64,000 nt of DNA, taken from NCBI GenBank assembly GCA_965249625.1, contig OZ252246.1:1095457-1159456 (forward strand), read 5' to 3'. Position numbers and translations under genes: made by a program. Positions 10,115 through 20,600 of the stretch are shown in pieces. The stretch comes from Nitrospinales bacterium (lineage in GTDB: Bacteria; Nitrospinota; Nitrospinia; Nitrospinales; VA-1). Numbering within the stretch: position 1 is the first letter of the stretch; each line of letters begins with the position of its first letter. The notes beneath the pieces were generated by a model. The model was not told the DNA's origin. It made no database searches and worked only from the letters and a program-made list of their open reading frames with translations.

Positions 10115-11767
10115 CAGTCCCTTTGTGGTAAAGTTATCTAAATGCCCACCGCAATGGCCAACAACGATGATCCGCCGTTCCTTGTCAGGGTAAAAATGAA
10201 CTCGGATGATATTAGGGAACCTATTACCATCTTTTACATGGGGAGTTATATCGACTTTTTTGCCACGGTAAGTTACCTTCCTTAACTTCATGAAGGCTGA
10301 ATCTTTTTTAGTTTGCTTTCCCTCTGTCATAGCTAGCTTGTACCCTGACTTGTTTCTAAATGTGTCTTCTATATCATATTGTTTGTCACTAAATATAATT
10401 TCATGGAGCGTGGTTGCCATATGCCAGAGTATTTCCCAAGCCTGATTAACAACTTCGTCGCCATGTTCATATTTTTCGGTAGACCTGATTGCCTCATCGG
10501 CAAAAAACAGCTTAGAAGGATATGATGATTCAAAAAACACTACCACGTCTGAAAGGCTTTTTGGCAGTTTATTTAGGAATTTAAACGCTTTGAGTTTGTT
10601 TTTTAACTCCATATTTTCATTCCTCAATACATCAGCTTGCGAAGACTTCCCGCGAAGATTGTAGTTTTCTTGCTTTAGCTCCTCGTTCTCTGTGCCATAG
10701 ACATTGTTTAACTCCTCTGCATCGGAAAGCTTCTTGTTTAAGACCTCCGTTTCCTCCCATAGCAGAGAAACTTCTTCACTCTGGTCTTTTGGCTGACTTG
10801 AAAAAAGCTCTTTGATTTTGTGTCTTCTCTTCTCAGAAATCACATCCGAAATTGATGTGATTTCGTTTAGTGTAAATGTTTGGGCATTTCTGGATAGTCC
10901 AATCGTAATCTCTGATGCTACTGAATCAAAATCATCCTCAAGCAATTGGCGTTCAGAATAATATCTATGCCGAAAAGAGTCTGTTTGTTTGTCCAATCGA
11001 ACTTTTGGCATGTATATACGAAGCGAGCCAGAGAGACATTTAAAATCATCACCTAAAAAGTAGTTTAATTCCTTAACTGCCTGCTCACTATCCAATAGAT
11101 AAATATTTCCATTACCTAATATTTTAGGTTGCAAGTTGTCTGATGAGATTTGATATGTGTTTGTAGAAAGTGATTTTGCAATAACGATTATAGGAAGGAA
11201 TCTATTGCTTGAGACAATTCGTTCATATAGCGACTTGCCTTCACCAACGTTTATAACTTTAGGTTTCGACTGAACTTTCTCATCACCCTTGCGACAAACA
11301 ATACCTTCAGTTTCAACCATTGATTGTATGTAATTAGGTACAGAGAAAGGCGGGGTGTCTGGTATTGGTCCTATATATCCTTGGGTCATCCAATGCTTAA
11401 TTGTGGTAACAAACCTAATTAGAGAATCGTCCTTCTGTGATAATGCTACTTCGATAGACCATTTCCGGTTTTTATTGGATGTGTCTGGATGAATAATCTC
11501 GAAAACCCAATTGGCAGGACTTTCTAAACTGTAATCACCAACATTAATCCCGGCTCTAAATAGAAAGCTACCGACCCTATGTTGATGTTGATCTCCCTTA
11601 AAGAACCATGCTAAGTGAAGATCTTCATTTGAAAAGCTTTTTGTCTTATCGAGTGCCCATTTCCTGATGATTTTTCTTATAGATGTCAGCCCATCAGCAT
11701 CAGAACAATAGACATCTAGTGCGCATTTATAGTGTATAGACGCATTTACTGATATGGACTCCACCAT
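10109..11767 (-). CDS. Cassette-borne hypothetical protein with coiled coil and putative RelE-like C-terminal domain
   Basis: 552 aa, visibly AT-rich, lies between two attC sites; C-terminus IRVHFYPD...IVVGHCGGHL. Confidence 0.8.
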   Translation of the reverse strand: MVESISVNASIHYKCALDVYCSDADGLTSIRKIIRKWALDKTKSFSNEDLHLAWFFKGDQHQHRVGSFLFRAGINVGDYSLESPANWVFEIIHPDTSNKNRKWSIEVALSQKDDSLIRFVTTIKHWMTQGYIGPIPDTPPFSVPNYIQSMVETEGIVCRKGDEKVQSKPKVINVGEGKSLYERIVSSNRFLPIIVIAKSLSTNTYQISSDNLQPKILGNGNIYLLDSEQAVKELNYFLGDDFKCLSGSLRIYMPKVRLDKQTDSFRHRYYSERQLLEDDFDSVASEITIGLSRNAQTFTLNEITSISDVISEKRRHKIKELFSSQPKDQSEEVSLLWEETEVLNKKLSDAEELNNVYGTENEELKQENYNLRGKSSQADVLRNENMELKNKLKAFKFLNKLPKSLSDVVVFFESSYPSKLFFADEAIRSTEKYEHGDEVVNQAWEILWHMATTLHEIIFSDKQYDIEDTFRNKSGYKLAMTEGKQTKKDSAFMKLRKVTYRGKKVDITPHVKDGNRFPNIIRVHFYPDKERRIIVVGHCGGHLDNFTTKGLN

Positions 11768-11779
11768 GTTTCCTATGAT

Positions 11780-11851
11780 ACCTAACGTTTGAGCTAACCC
11801 GTCGATATGGAGCGTAGCAGAATATCGGTCAGGTTGAGCGATTTGTTATGT
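11780..11851 (-). mobile_element. Integron attC site (72 bp)
   Basis: Minus strand ACATAAC-AAATC-GCTCAAC...GTTAGC-TCAAAC-GTTAGGT: R'', L'', L', R' boxes with one extra base in L''. Confidence 0.88.
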
Positions 11852-12310
11852 GTTTTTTATTGCACTGGTAATTTTACTCATGAGGTTTGATTGTACATGG
11901 ACGGTCCTTTTCCGGTTATGCCCTATGCTTCTCTGATATTATTACTCCTCTGTGTGTAATCGCTCACCGGTGCTCCTTTTACCCTTGCCAGTGAGAAAAA
12001 CCACGATGTTATCGCAGCTTGCCCTTCTACCGACAAGTGAGTCGCACTTGCAAATTGAAACCAGGACAAGAATTTACAATCATTGGCCAGGTTAAGATTG
12101 TATCCCTGCAAGTCAATTCTAGTTAATGATGCTACCAGGTGTCAATTGCCCATGCTGGCAAAATTAGCTTCTGCTTCCTAAGTAAAATACCTGAAACTCC
12201 TTAGCGTTAATGTTATAAGGGGTTTGAGTCGCAAAGATATAGCCCTGATTTAATATAATGTCATATATTATGACCCTACACATAAAGAGCTAATATATAT
12301 ATAGATAATT

Positions 12311-13540
12311 ATGGGTTCTATTTTAAATGTCAGGGTAGCGACTGTTTTGTTTTTAGGGTTTTCCTCGGGTCTGCCGTTGGCGTTATCAGGCGGCACTTTG
12401 CAGGCTTGGTTGACGGTGGAAGGGGTCGATATTGAGACTATTGGCCTGTTCACTTTAGTGGGTTTGCCGTATACCTTGAAGTTTCTCTGGTCCCCACTGC
12501 TTGACCGATTTACGGTTCCTTTATTTGGACGAAGACGCGGTTGGATTTGGGTGTTTCAAGCCCTATTGCTCATTTTGATTTTTGCCATGAGCATGGTGTC
12601 TCCTGTCAAGGCACCTTGGGTCCTTGCATTTCTTGCCCTTGGTTTGGCTTTTGCTTCGTCCTCCCAGGATATTGTCGTAGATGCTTACCGAACAGAAGTG
12701 CTGAGGGAAAAGGAACGGGGATTGGGGGCAGCAGTTTCGGTAACGGGTTACCGGATTGCGATGCTGGTTTCGGGGGCGCTGGCTTTGATTCTGTCCGAGG
12801 TTTTAGGATGGCGTACAACGTATATGATTATGGCCGGGCTGATGTTTGTAGGTATGATGGCGGTCTGGCTGGGCCCCGAACCGGAAGACCCCGGAACTCC
12901 ACCCAAGACAATGAGGGAAGCGGTTAGTGATCCTTTACTCGAATTCTTTTCCCGGGATGGTGCCTGGATGATGCTGGCCCTGATCGTTCTGTATAAACTG
13001 GGGGATGCTTTTGCGGGAAGCCTGACCACAAGTTTTTTGATCCGTGGTGTAGGATTTTCTGTCGGTGAAGTGGGTGCCATCAACAAGGGGATGGGGCTCG
13101 CGGCAACAATAGTGGGGGCACTGTTTGGGGGTGCGCTCATGGCTCGCCTGGGTCTTTATCGTTCTCTTTTAATTTTTGGAATTTTACAGGCCGTCTCTAA
13201 TTTGTCGTTCATGGTTCTGGCCATGGTGGGGAAGAATTATGCCATGCTGGTCTTCACCATTGCCTTTGAAAACCTGGCAGGCGGGATGGGAACCGCAGCC
13301 TTCGTGGCCTTCCTGATGACATTATGTCACCATAACTTTACTGCAACGCAATTTGCCCTGTTATCGGCTTTAGCTTCTCTTGGTCGGGTGTATGTCGGGC
13401 CCGTTTCGGGGAGCCTGGTGGCTGAGTTTGGCTGGCTGCTGTTTTTCCTGGTGACCTTTTTAGCCGCTTTACCGGGGCTGGCACTTTTATGGAAGATGCG
13501 TGAAAAAGTCCAGGCTCTTGAAAAAGAGACCTTTGTATAA
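12311..13540 (+). CDS. ampG: Muropeptide MFS transporter
   Basis: LGFSSGLP, LKFLWSP, GRRRGW, SQDIVVDAYR, ATQFALLS. Confidence 0.93.
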   Translation: MGSILNVRVATVLFLGFSSGLPLALSGGTLQAWLTVEGVDIETIGLFTLVGLPYTLKFLWSPLLDRFTVPLFGRRRGWIWVFQALLLILIFAMSMVSPVKAPWVLAFLALGLAFASSSQDIVVDAYRTEVLREKERGLGAAVSVTGYRIAMLVSGALALILSEVLGWRTTYMIMAGLMFVGMMAVWLGPEPEDPGTPPKTMREAVSDPLLEFFSRDGAWMMLALIVLYKLGDAFAGSLTTSFLIRGVGFSVGEVGAINKGMGLAATIVGALFGGALMARLGLYRSLLIFGILQAVSNLSFMVLAMVGKNYAMLVFTIAFENLAGGMGTAAFVAFLMTLCHHNFTATQFALLSALASLGRVYVGPVSGSLVAEFGWLLFFLVTFLAALPGLALLWKMREKVQALEKETFV

Positions 13541-13756
13541 CCCGAGATTACCCCTTCGGGGCATGAAGTTTAATGAAGAGGATATCACATACCCCTGCGG
13601 GGCACGAGAGCTTAGGTGAAACATCACGTCTTCACTGCGTTCAGAATGACAATACTGGGCTATTTTGTCATTCTGAGGAACAAGGTGACGAAGACGTGAT
13701 ATTTTCCCTTAGTTTTCGTGCCCGGAACGGGTAATCCGGGGTTATGCAAAGGTCTC
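13526..13756. mobile_element. 231-bp MITE-like palindromic element with an internal inverted REP pair
   Basis: Ends GAGACCTTTGTATAACCC and GGGTTATGCAAAGGTCTC; nested stems ATCACGTCTTC/GAAGACGTGAT and TCAGAATGACAA/TTGTCATTCTGA. Confidence 0.75.
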
Positions 13757-13819
13757 CCCTTCACAGGGAGGGAGAGGTTTGGCTTTTTCTTTTGATTCAA
13801 TCCTGATCATTTATAGGTT

Positions 13820-14767
13820 ATGCAATATAAAATCCTTCCGGGGCACCTTTATCCCAAAGACAATCGAATAAACCTTTATTATTTTCATAATCTTTTAAAG
13901 GTCATTGGAGATTCTGTTTCCCAACAATTGAAGCAACAGCATAAGATCAGTGTTTCCATTACAGCTGGCATGTGGGGCGGTTCCTATATGGTCGCGCGGG
14001 ACGACGGGCAAGCCAGAACAAATGTTGTGCGCCTGTATTCCATCGTCAACCTACCGCAGAACAGCCCTCTGAACAGCGTGGAAAACTTTGAATGCTTGAT
14101 GGAAATCTATCAGCAAACATTTTGCACTACTTTTAAACGCTATGGATTGAACCTGGTGGCCCCGCGTTGGGGAGAGGCCATCCCCTACTCCAACAAGGAG
14201 CGACCCACCACTGCCCTGCAAATGTGGGACACCAGGAAAAAAGCCAATTTCGTGCGGGCCTTTTTCGTGTGGAATGAAGCGACTTGGGAAGAGTCGATCA
14301 TTTATGACATGATCCGCAATATTAAAGTCCTCAAGGAACTTTTGAATATCAATACCCGCCCTCCCAAAAAAGAAAGTTCGGAGCTAAAGTTTCTGCTGCA
14401 GGATGTGCTCATCACCTACTTCACCCTATACACTGCCTTGACCCCTGATTTCGTTGAACACGCCGAACCCATCATCAAGGAGCTGTTTGAACAGTTTGTT
14501 AAGGGAATGCATTCAGAAGAAGAAATTGAAGAGCAATATTACAAGGTTTATTCAAGTGCTTTGGTTTATGGATTCGAAGAGGCCCTGCAAATCCCTTACG
14601 GAAAAGAAAACCTGGATGTGCAGAATGTGGAAGACTGGCCGGTGGATAAAATCAACTACGTCCCGGATGAATTGAAGGAAAAGCTTGTTCCCGCCTTGCA
14701 GGCTCCCTGGGAAAAATTTCACGCCAACCTGAAAAAACAATCCGGCGCAGAAGTCGCTAACCACTAA
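13820..14767 (+). CDS. Hypothetical protein (315 aa), copy 1
   Basis: Long ORF, no recognised motif, identical to 26024-26971. Confidence 0.8.
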   Translation: MQYKILPGHLYPKDNRINLYYFHNLLKVIGDSVSQQLKQQHKISVSITAGMWGGSYMVARDDGQARTNVVRLYSIVNLPQNSPLNSVENFECLMEIYQQTFCTTFKRYGLNLVAPRWGEAIPYSNKERPTTALQMWDTRKKANFVRAFFVWNEATWEESIIYDMIRNIKVLKELLNINTRPPKKESSELKFLLQDVLITYFTLYTALTPDFVEHAEPIIKELFEQFVKGMHSEEEIEEQYYKVYSSALVYGFEEALQIPYGKENLDVQNVEDWPVDKINYVPDELKEKLVPALQAPWEKFHANLKKQSGAEVANH

Positions 14768-14854
14768 CCCGCATATTGCATGAGAGATTTTAAAATCACT
14801 CCAGCCCCTGTGTGATATTTCTTCATTTACTTCATGAGCCTGTAGCCAAGAAAA

Positions 14855-15073
14855 GGGCCTGTTGCCCAAAGGGTTGCCGTGAAGGGTTGCTGATATTGAT
14901 TTTGTGTATTTCTTACGAATTTTCTTTTCTAAATTGAAATCCCAAAACTCAGATTCATTCCTCCCCAAGTTGAAGCCTGCAAGCAGTTTTTGAATCGTTG
15001 TACGACCTTCAATGCATTACTGCGAATCGATTTTTTCAGGTGTTGGATCATTCGTTTGATGTTTTGAATGGAT
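14855..15073 (-). mobile_element. Duplicated right end of the IS1182-family element
   Basis: IR GGGCCTGTTGCCCAAA at 14855-14870 plus transposase 3' end. Confidence 0.85.
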
Positions 15074-15080
15074 TAACGTA

Positions 15081-15527
15081 ATGAACAAAATAGCATTGAT
15101 CAAATTGACCCTAGTAATTTCTTTGCTCTTTAATTTTCTTCCCGCATCAAATCCAGTTGCTTCTCAAAACAAGGGCTCAATTGTGAAAAAGGAAGCAAAG
15201 CCAATTAGCAAAACGAAAAAGAAATCATTAGGATATTCTACGGCAGGTAAATGGTGTTATGAGCCAGTTCCAGGCAACTCAAAATTCAATATGCATTTTC
15301 AATTTTCAAGGTCTAGTGGTGCCTCCAGTGTAACAATAAGTTTTGGCAGCGGTGGGGCTACTACGTCTGGGTTAACTGAATCAAGCCCAGGAATATTTAT
15401 AATTAATGACAGTCCTTCAGGGGATAAATTAGTTTTAGATAAGCGTACGGGAAATTCAGGCGTGTACGATAGCACTGGGTTTGTTGGCACAGCATACCGC
15501 AAGTCTAAAAACAGCTGTTTCCAATAA
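15081..15527 (+). CDS. Secreted hypothetical protein
   Basis: 148 aa, signal peptide, AT-rich. Confidence 0.65.
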   Translation: MNKIALIKLTLVISLLFNFLPASNPVASQNKGSIVKKEAKPISKTKKKSLGYSTAGKWCYEPVPGNSKFNMHFQFSRSSGASSVTISFGSGGATTSGLTESSPGIFIINDSPSGDKLVLDKRTGNSGVYDSTGFVGTAYRKSKNSCFQ

Positions 15528-15542
15528 GACAACCTGCCAGCT

Positions 15543-15582
15543 TGACCTTCTCCCCGCAAACTGGACGGTTTAGAAGTAGGAA
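15543..15582. mobile_element. Possible IS3-family terminal repeat remnant
   Basis: TGACCTTCTCCCCGCAAACTGGACGGTTTAGAAG resembles IS3-type ends as recalled; no transposase. Confidence 0.4.
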
Positions 15583-15720
15583 TTTCCTATAGGATTTATT
15601 TTTTAGGGGGGCTTTATTCTGCAAAAGTCTCTCCTGGGAGGACAAAAAAATATTCCCTTCCCGGTTGCCATACGGGTTAAGATCGTTCCGTTAATATTTT
15701 TAGGAGCGGTGATTTCTTAG

Positions 15721-17262
15721 GTGACGGCTTCATTCAAAAAACAGGTGGTTGTTCTGGCTGTGGGGGGTGTCGTTTTTATGACACTCCTTGTCATGCCGGT
15801 GCTTGAGGGTTTAACGCCTGAGGGGCAGCGAATGTTGGCGGTGACCGCCCTCATGGCGATCTGGTGGATCGGCGAGGGTACTTCCTTGGCAGTAACGGCT
15901 CTGTTGCCGCTGGTTTTATTTCCGTTGTTGGGCATCCTGTCCAGCAAGCAGGTGGCACCTAATTATGCCAATCATCTCATCTTTCTGTTTCTCGGCGGAT
16001 TCATGATTGCTCTTGCCATGGAGAAATGGAATTTCCATAAACGTCTCGCGTTATGGATCATTTTTGCCATTGGCACCCGCCCCCAGCGTCTGGTTTTAGG
16101 ATTCATGACCGCCACCGCTTTTTTATCGATGTGGATCTCTAACACCGCATCGACCATGATGATGTTCCCGGTTGCCATGGCGGTGGTGCGGCAAATTGCT
16201 CTCGATGCGTCTTTGAACGGCGTGAGAAACTCTGAATCACAAAAGACTATTGAACAAGGATTAGGACTTATCCTCATGCTGGGTCTGGCCTATTCCGCCA
16301 GCATTGGCGGGGTGGGCACCCTCATTGGCACTGCACCTAATATTATTTTTGCCGGGTTTTATAAAACACTATTTCCAGAGAATCCTGAAATAACTTTTTT
16401 TAAGTGGATGGTGATGGCGGTTCCAGTGGTGATAGTTTTTATTCCGATCGTGTGGCTGTATCTGTGCCGATTCGTGTCTCCTATATCGTTAAAGAACATT
16501 TCAGCCGGGAGCCATGAAATTATTCAACGGGAACTCAATGAACTGGGTCCCATCAACCGCGCTGAAAAAACTGTGGCGACAGTGTTTTGTCTCACCGCTT
16601 TTTTATGGATATTTCGTCAGCCCATTTCGTTGGGAGAATTTGTGATCCCCGGTTGGTCGGGACTGTTTGCCAACCCAAAATACTTGCACGATTCTACCGT
16701 GGCTATGGCAATGGGAGTGCTTCTCATGATTCTACCGGTTGATGTGACAAAAGGGCAGGACTTAAACGGCAAGCGGGAATACTTCGCGCTCGACTGGAAA
16801 ACCGTGCAGGAGAAAATTCCCTGGGGTATTTTGCTTTTGTTTGGGGGTGGGTTTGCATTGGCCGGGGGTTTTGGTGCGACCGGACTCGATATATGGATCG
16901 GTGGCAAGCTTACTGGTATTGCAGGGTGGCCTTTATGGTGTGTGGTGCTCGGTATTTGTCTTGTCATTACTTTTTTAACGGAGTTGACCTCAAACACCGC
17001 CACCACCACGATGATCCTTCCCATACTCGGTGTGTCGGCGGTGGCTGCAAATATTCATCCTCTCTTTTTTATGGTGCCGGCAACGTTGGCGGCATCCTTC
17101 GCTTTCATGTTACCTGTTGCGACACCGCCGAATGCCATTGTATTTGGCAGCGGCTGGGTGACGATTCCTCAAATGTCACGTGCTGGTCTTGTTCTCAACT
17201 TTTTCGGGGCAGGCATTGTGACCACCGCTGTTTTACTTTTGGTTAACTTCCTGTTTCTCTAG
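15721..17262 (+). CDS. DASS/SLC13 sodium:dicarboxylate or sulfate symporter
   Basis: SMWISNTAS, TSNTAT, FMLPVATPPNAIVF. Confidence 0.93.
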   Translation: MTASFKKQVVVLAVGGVVFMTLLVMPVLEGLTPEGQRMLAVTALMAIWWIGEGTSLAVTALLPLVLFPLLGILSSKQVAPNYANHLIFLFLGGFMIALAMEKWNFHKRLALWIIFAIGTRPQRLVLGFMTATAFLSMWISNTASTMMMFPVAMAVVRQIALDASLNGVRNSESQKTIEQGLGLILMLGLAYSASIGGVGTLIGTAPNIIFAGFYKTLFPENPEITFFKWMVMAVPVVIVFIPIVWLYLCRFVSPISLKNISAGSHEIIQRELNELGPINRAEKTVATVFCLTAFLWIFRQPISLGEFVIPGWSGLFANPKYLHDSTVAMAMGVLLMILPVDVTKGQDLNGKREYFALDWKTVQEKIPWGILLLFGGGFALAGGFGATGLDIWIGGKLTGIAGWPLWCVVLGICLVITFLTELTSNTATTTMILPILGVSAVAANIHPLFFMVPATLAASFAFMLPVATPPNAIVFGSGWVTIPQMSRAGLVLNFFGAGIVTTAVLLLVNFLFL

Positions 17263-17677
17263 CCACCTGTGGCAACGTTTATAGGAAAAGCGACCCCGAA
17301 TAGCCCATGAGGCGGGAAATTGGGCTTGCTAAATGGTTTTATTGGTATATAACAAAATTACCTTATAAGTTTATTAAAATATAAATAGAGATTTGGCGGC
17401 AAAAAATGTCGCTCTGTATTTTGATAAAGAGTTTTAGATGTTTAACAGAAAACCTTGATGGCAATCGTTATTGAGATAAGAAGTTTTGGTTTGTCGGTCC
17501 CGCCTGTTTTTTTGTCGGTTATTTTCATTCTTAAATAAATATCAGCAAGCTGAACGGGCTTGTAAAGGTCTGATTCTTGGGCAGGAAACATCCTGCCGTA
17601 AAATGGAGGCCCGAATGGGTTTAGTGCCCTTCACCTGAAGGTTGCTTTAAGGCAGGCAAACTGGTATTTAGTGTGTC

Positions 17678-20600
17678 ATGAATCCTGCCAATTTCGTACA
17701 TCTTCATCTTCATACTTCCTATAGCTTACTGGATTCTTCAATTCGCCATTCTGCCCTGTTTGAAAAGGCGGCGGAGTTTGGCATGCCTGCCGTGGCGATG
17801 ACTGATCATGGCAATATGTTTGGGGCGGTGGAGTTTTATAATGCAGCCCGCAAACATGGCATCAAGCCGATTATCGGGTGTGAGGTGTATGTCGCGCCTG
17901 AGAGCCGCCTAGAGAAAACCTCTAAAGATAATCTTCGCGATGCGTCTTATCACCTCATCCTTCTATCCGAAAATGAGACGGGCTATAAAAACCTTTTAAA
18001 ACTTGTGACCAAGGGATACCTGGAAGGGTTCTATTACAAGCCACGTATTGACAAAGAACTGCTTGCAGAATATTCGGAGGGACTGATCGCTCTGAGTTCT
18101 TGTGTTCGCGGTGAAGTCGCCCATAACGTGAACCGGGAGAATGTTCCCCGCGCTATCAAGGTGGCCAGCCAGTATGCGGAGATCATGGGCGGGGGCAACT
18201 TTTTTCTCGAACTGCAGAATCACCAACTGGAAAATCAGGACCGGATCAACAAGGAAATCATCGGTATTGGTAAAAAATTGGACCTCCCGGTGGTGGCCAC
18301 CAACAATTGTCATTATATTGGCCGGGAAGATTTTCGAGCGCATGAAATTCTATTGTGCCTGCAAACGGGAAAAACCATTACCGATCCTTACCGTATGCAG
18401 TATCCCAAGGATGAATTCTATTTCAAATCACCTCAAGAGATGATCGCCCTGTTCAAAGAGACTCCCGAGGCGATTGAGAATACTTTGAAAATTGCCGAGC
18501 GTTGTGAGCTGGAACTGGAATTTGACAAACTAAATTTACCGGATTACCCGGTTCCGGAATCTTATTCTCTTGAGACTTATCTTGAGGAACGTTCCCGCGA
18601 GGGGTTGACAAAAAGGTTTGAAGAGCTGGAGAAACGCAAGATTGAGTTTGACCGGGAAGTCTATGAAAAAAGGCTGGACCGGGAACTGGGGATTATCAAG
18701 AAGATGGGCTATCCCGGTTATTTTCTCATCGTGTGGGACTTCATCCATTACGCCAAGGAAAACGGGATCCCAGTCGGACCTGGTCGGGGTTCCGCCGCGG
18801 GCAGTGTTGTGGCCTACGCCCTGCAGATCACCGATATCGATCCTATGCAATACGATTTGTTGTTCGAGCGGTTCTTGAATCCGGAACGGGTAAGCATGCC
18901 GGATATTGATATTGACTTCTGCATGGATGGGCGCGATGACGTGATTAAATATGTCACCGAGAAATATGGCGGCAACCAGAACGTGACTCAGATCATCACT
19001 TTTGGCAGCATGAACGCCAAGGGGGTCATCCGCGATGTCGGGCGGGTTCTGGATATGACCTATGGCGAGGTCGACAAGCTGGCGAAACTGGTTCCCAACA
19101 AGCTGAATGTCACGCTTAAGGACGCGTTCAAGGAGGAACCGCAATTTGAAAAACTGCGCAAGGAAAACCCGAAAGTTGCCGAACTATTGGATATCGCCAA
19201 AAACCTGGAAGGGTTGGCTCGCCACTGCTCAACCCACGCCGCCGGGGTGGTCATTTCATCGAAAGATCTGACGGAGTTTTGTCCGCTCTATAAAGGCAGT
19301 AACGACGAAGTGGTGACTCAGTATGCCATGGGCAGTGTGGAAAAACTCGGACTACTGAAAATGGATTTTCTCGGCTTAAGAACTCTGACGGTGGTCAGTA
19401 ATGCCCTGAAGATGATCAAACAATCGAAAAATATTGATCTGGATATCGGTGCCATTCCCTTGAATGATTCTGCCACCTACCAGCTTCTTTGCGATGCGAG
19501 AACGCTTGGGATTTTCCAGTTGGAAAGTTCGGGAATGCGCGACCTGCTTAAAAAATTAAAGCCGGACTGTTTTGAGGACATCATCGCTCTTTTAGCGATG
19601 TACCGACCGGGGCCCCTGGAAAGCGGCATGGTTGACGATTATGTTAAGCGCAAGCATGGCACGATGGAGGAAAAATATGACCTGCCGCAGCTGGAGTCCA
19701 TTCTTAAAGAAACTCACGGAGTCATTCTCTATCAGGAACAGGTAATGAAGATAGCCAGTGTGCTGGCCGGGTTCAGCCTGGGGGATGCCGACTTGTTGCG
19801 GAGAGCCATGGGTAAAAAGAAACCGGAAGAAATGGCTGCCCAGCGGGAAAAGTTTTTGAAGGGGTCACGGGATAAAAGTATTAATGAAAAAAAATCGGAA
19901 AAGATTTTTACCCTGATGGAAAAGTTTGCCGGCTATGGATTCAATAAATCGCACAGCGCGGCGTACGCGCAAATTTCTTACCAGACTGCTTACTTGAAAA
20001 CTCATTACCCGTTGGAATTTTTTGGTGCCTTGATCACCAGTGATATGGATAACACCGACAAGGTTTTGCGCTATATCCACGACTGCCGTGAAATGAAGAT
20101 CACCGTGCAACCCCCAGATGTGAACCTGAGCCAGCGGGACTTTTCGGTCTGTGAAAATATACTGGTTTTTGGTCTTGGAGCTATTAAAAATGTCGGGAGC
20201 AAAGCCCTCGATAATATTATCGAAGCCAGGCAGGAGTTGGGACGGTTTACATCGCTGGAGCAGTTGTGCGAGAACGTGGATATGCAGTTGGCCAACAAGC
20301 GGGTGTTTGAAAGTTTGATTAAAAGTGGCGCCTGCGACTCTCTGGGCCAGAGCCGGGCTCAAATGATGAATGAGTTGCAAGCTCATATGGAACAAGGGCA
20401 GGCCAAGCAAAGGGACCGGGAGTTGGGACAGTCCAGCATGTTTGATTCGTTTGCGGCCGATGCGGAGGAAGATAAGCCATCTGTCAGAAATGTGGAGGAG
20501 TGGAGCGATGCTGATCGGCTTAGGTTGGAAAAAGAAAGCATCGGGTTTTATATCACCGGTCATCCACTGGATGGGTTTACCCGGGAGCTGTCCTGGTTCA

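Larger units (their letters stand above)
13590..15073. repeat. Left arm of a 1484-bp inverted duplication
   Basis: Reverse complement of 25718-27201; paired coordinates sum to 40791; ORF translations identical. Confidence 0.97.

Noticed and set aside
17263-17677. Riboswitch or ncRNA upstream of dnaE
   Set aside because: Only small hairpins such as GGCAGGA-AACA-TCCTGCC; no family recognised
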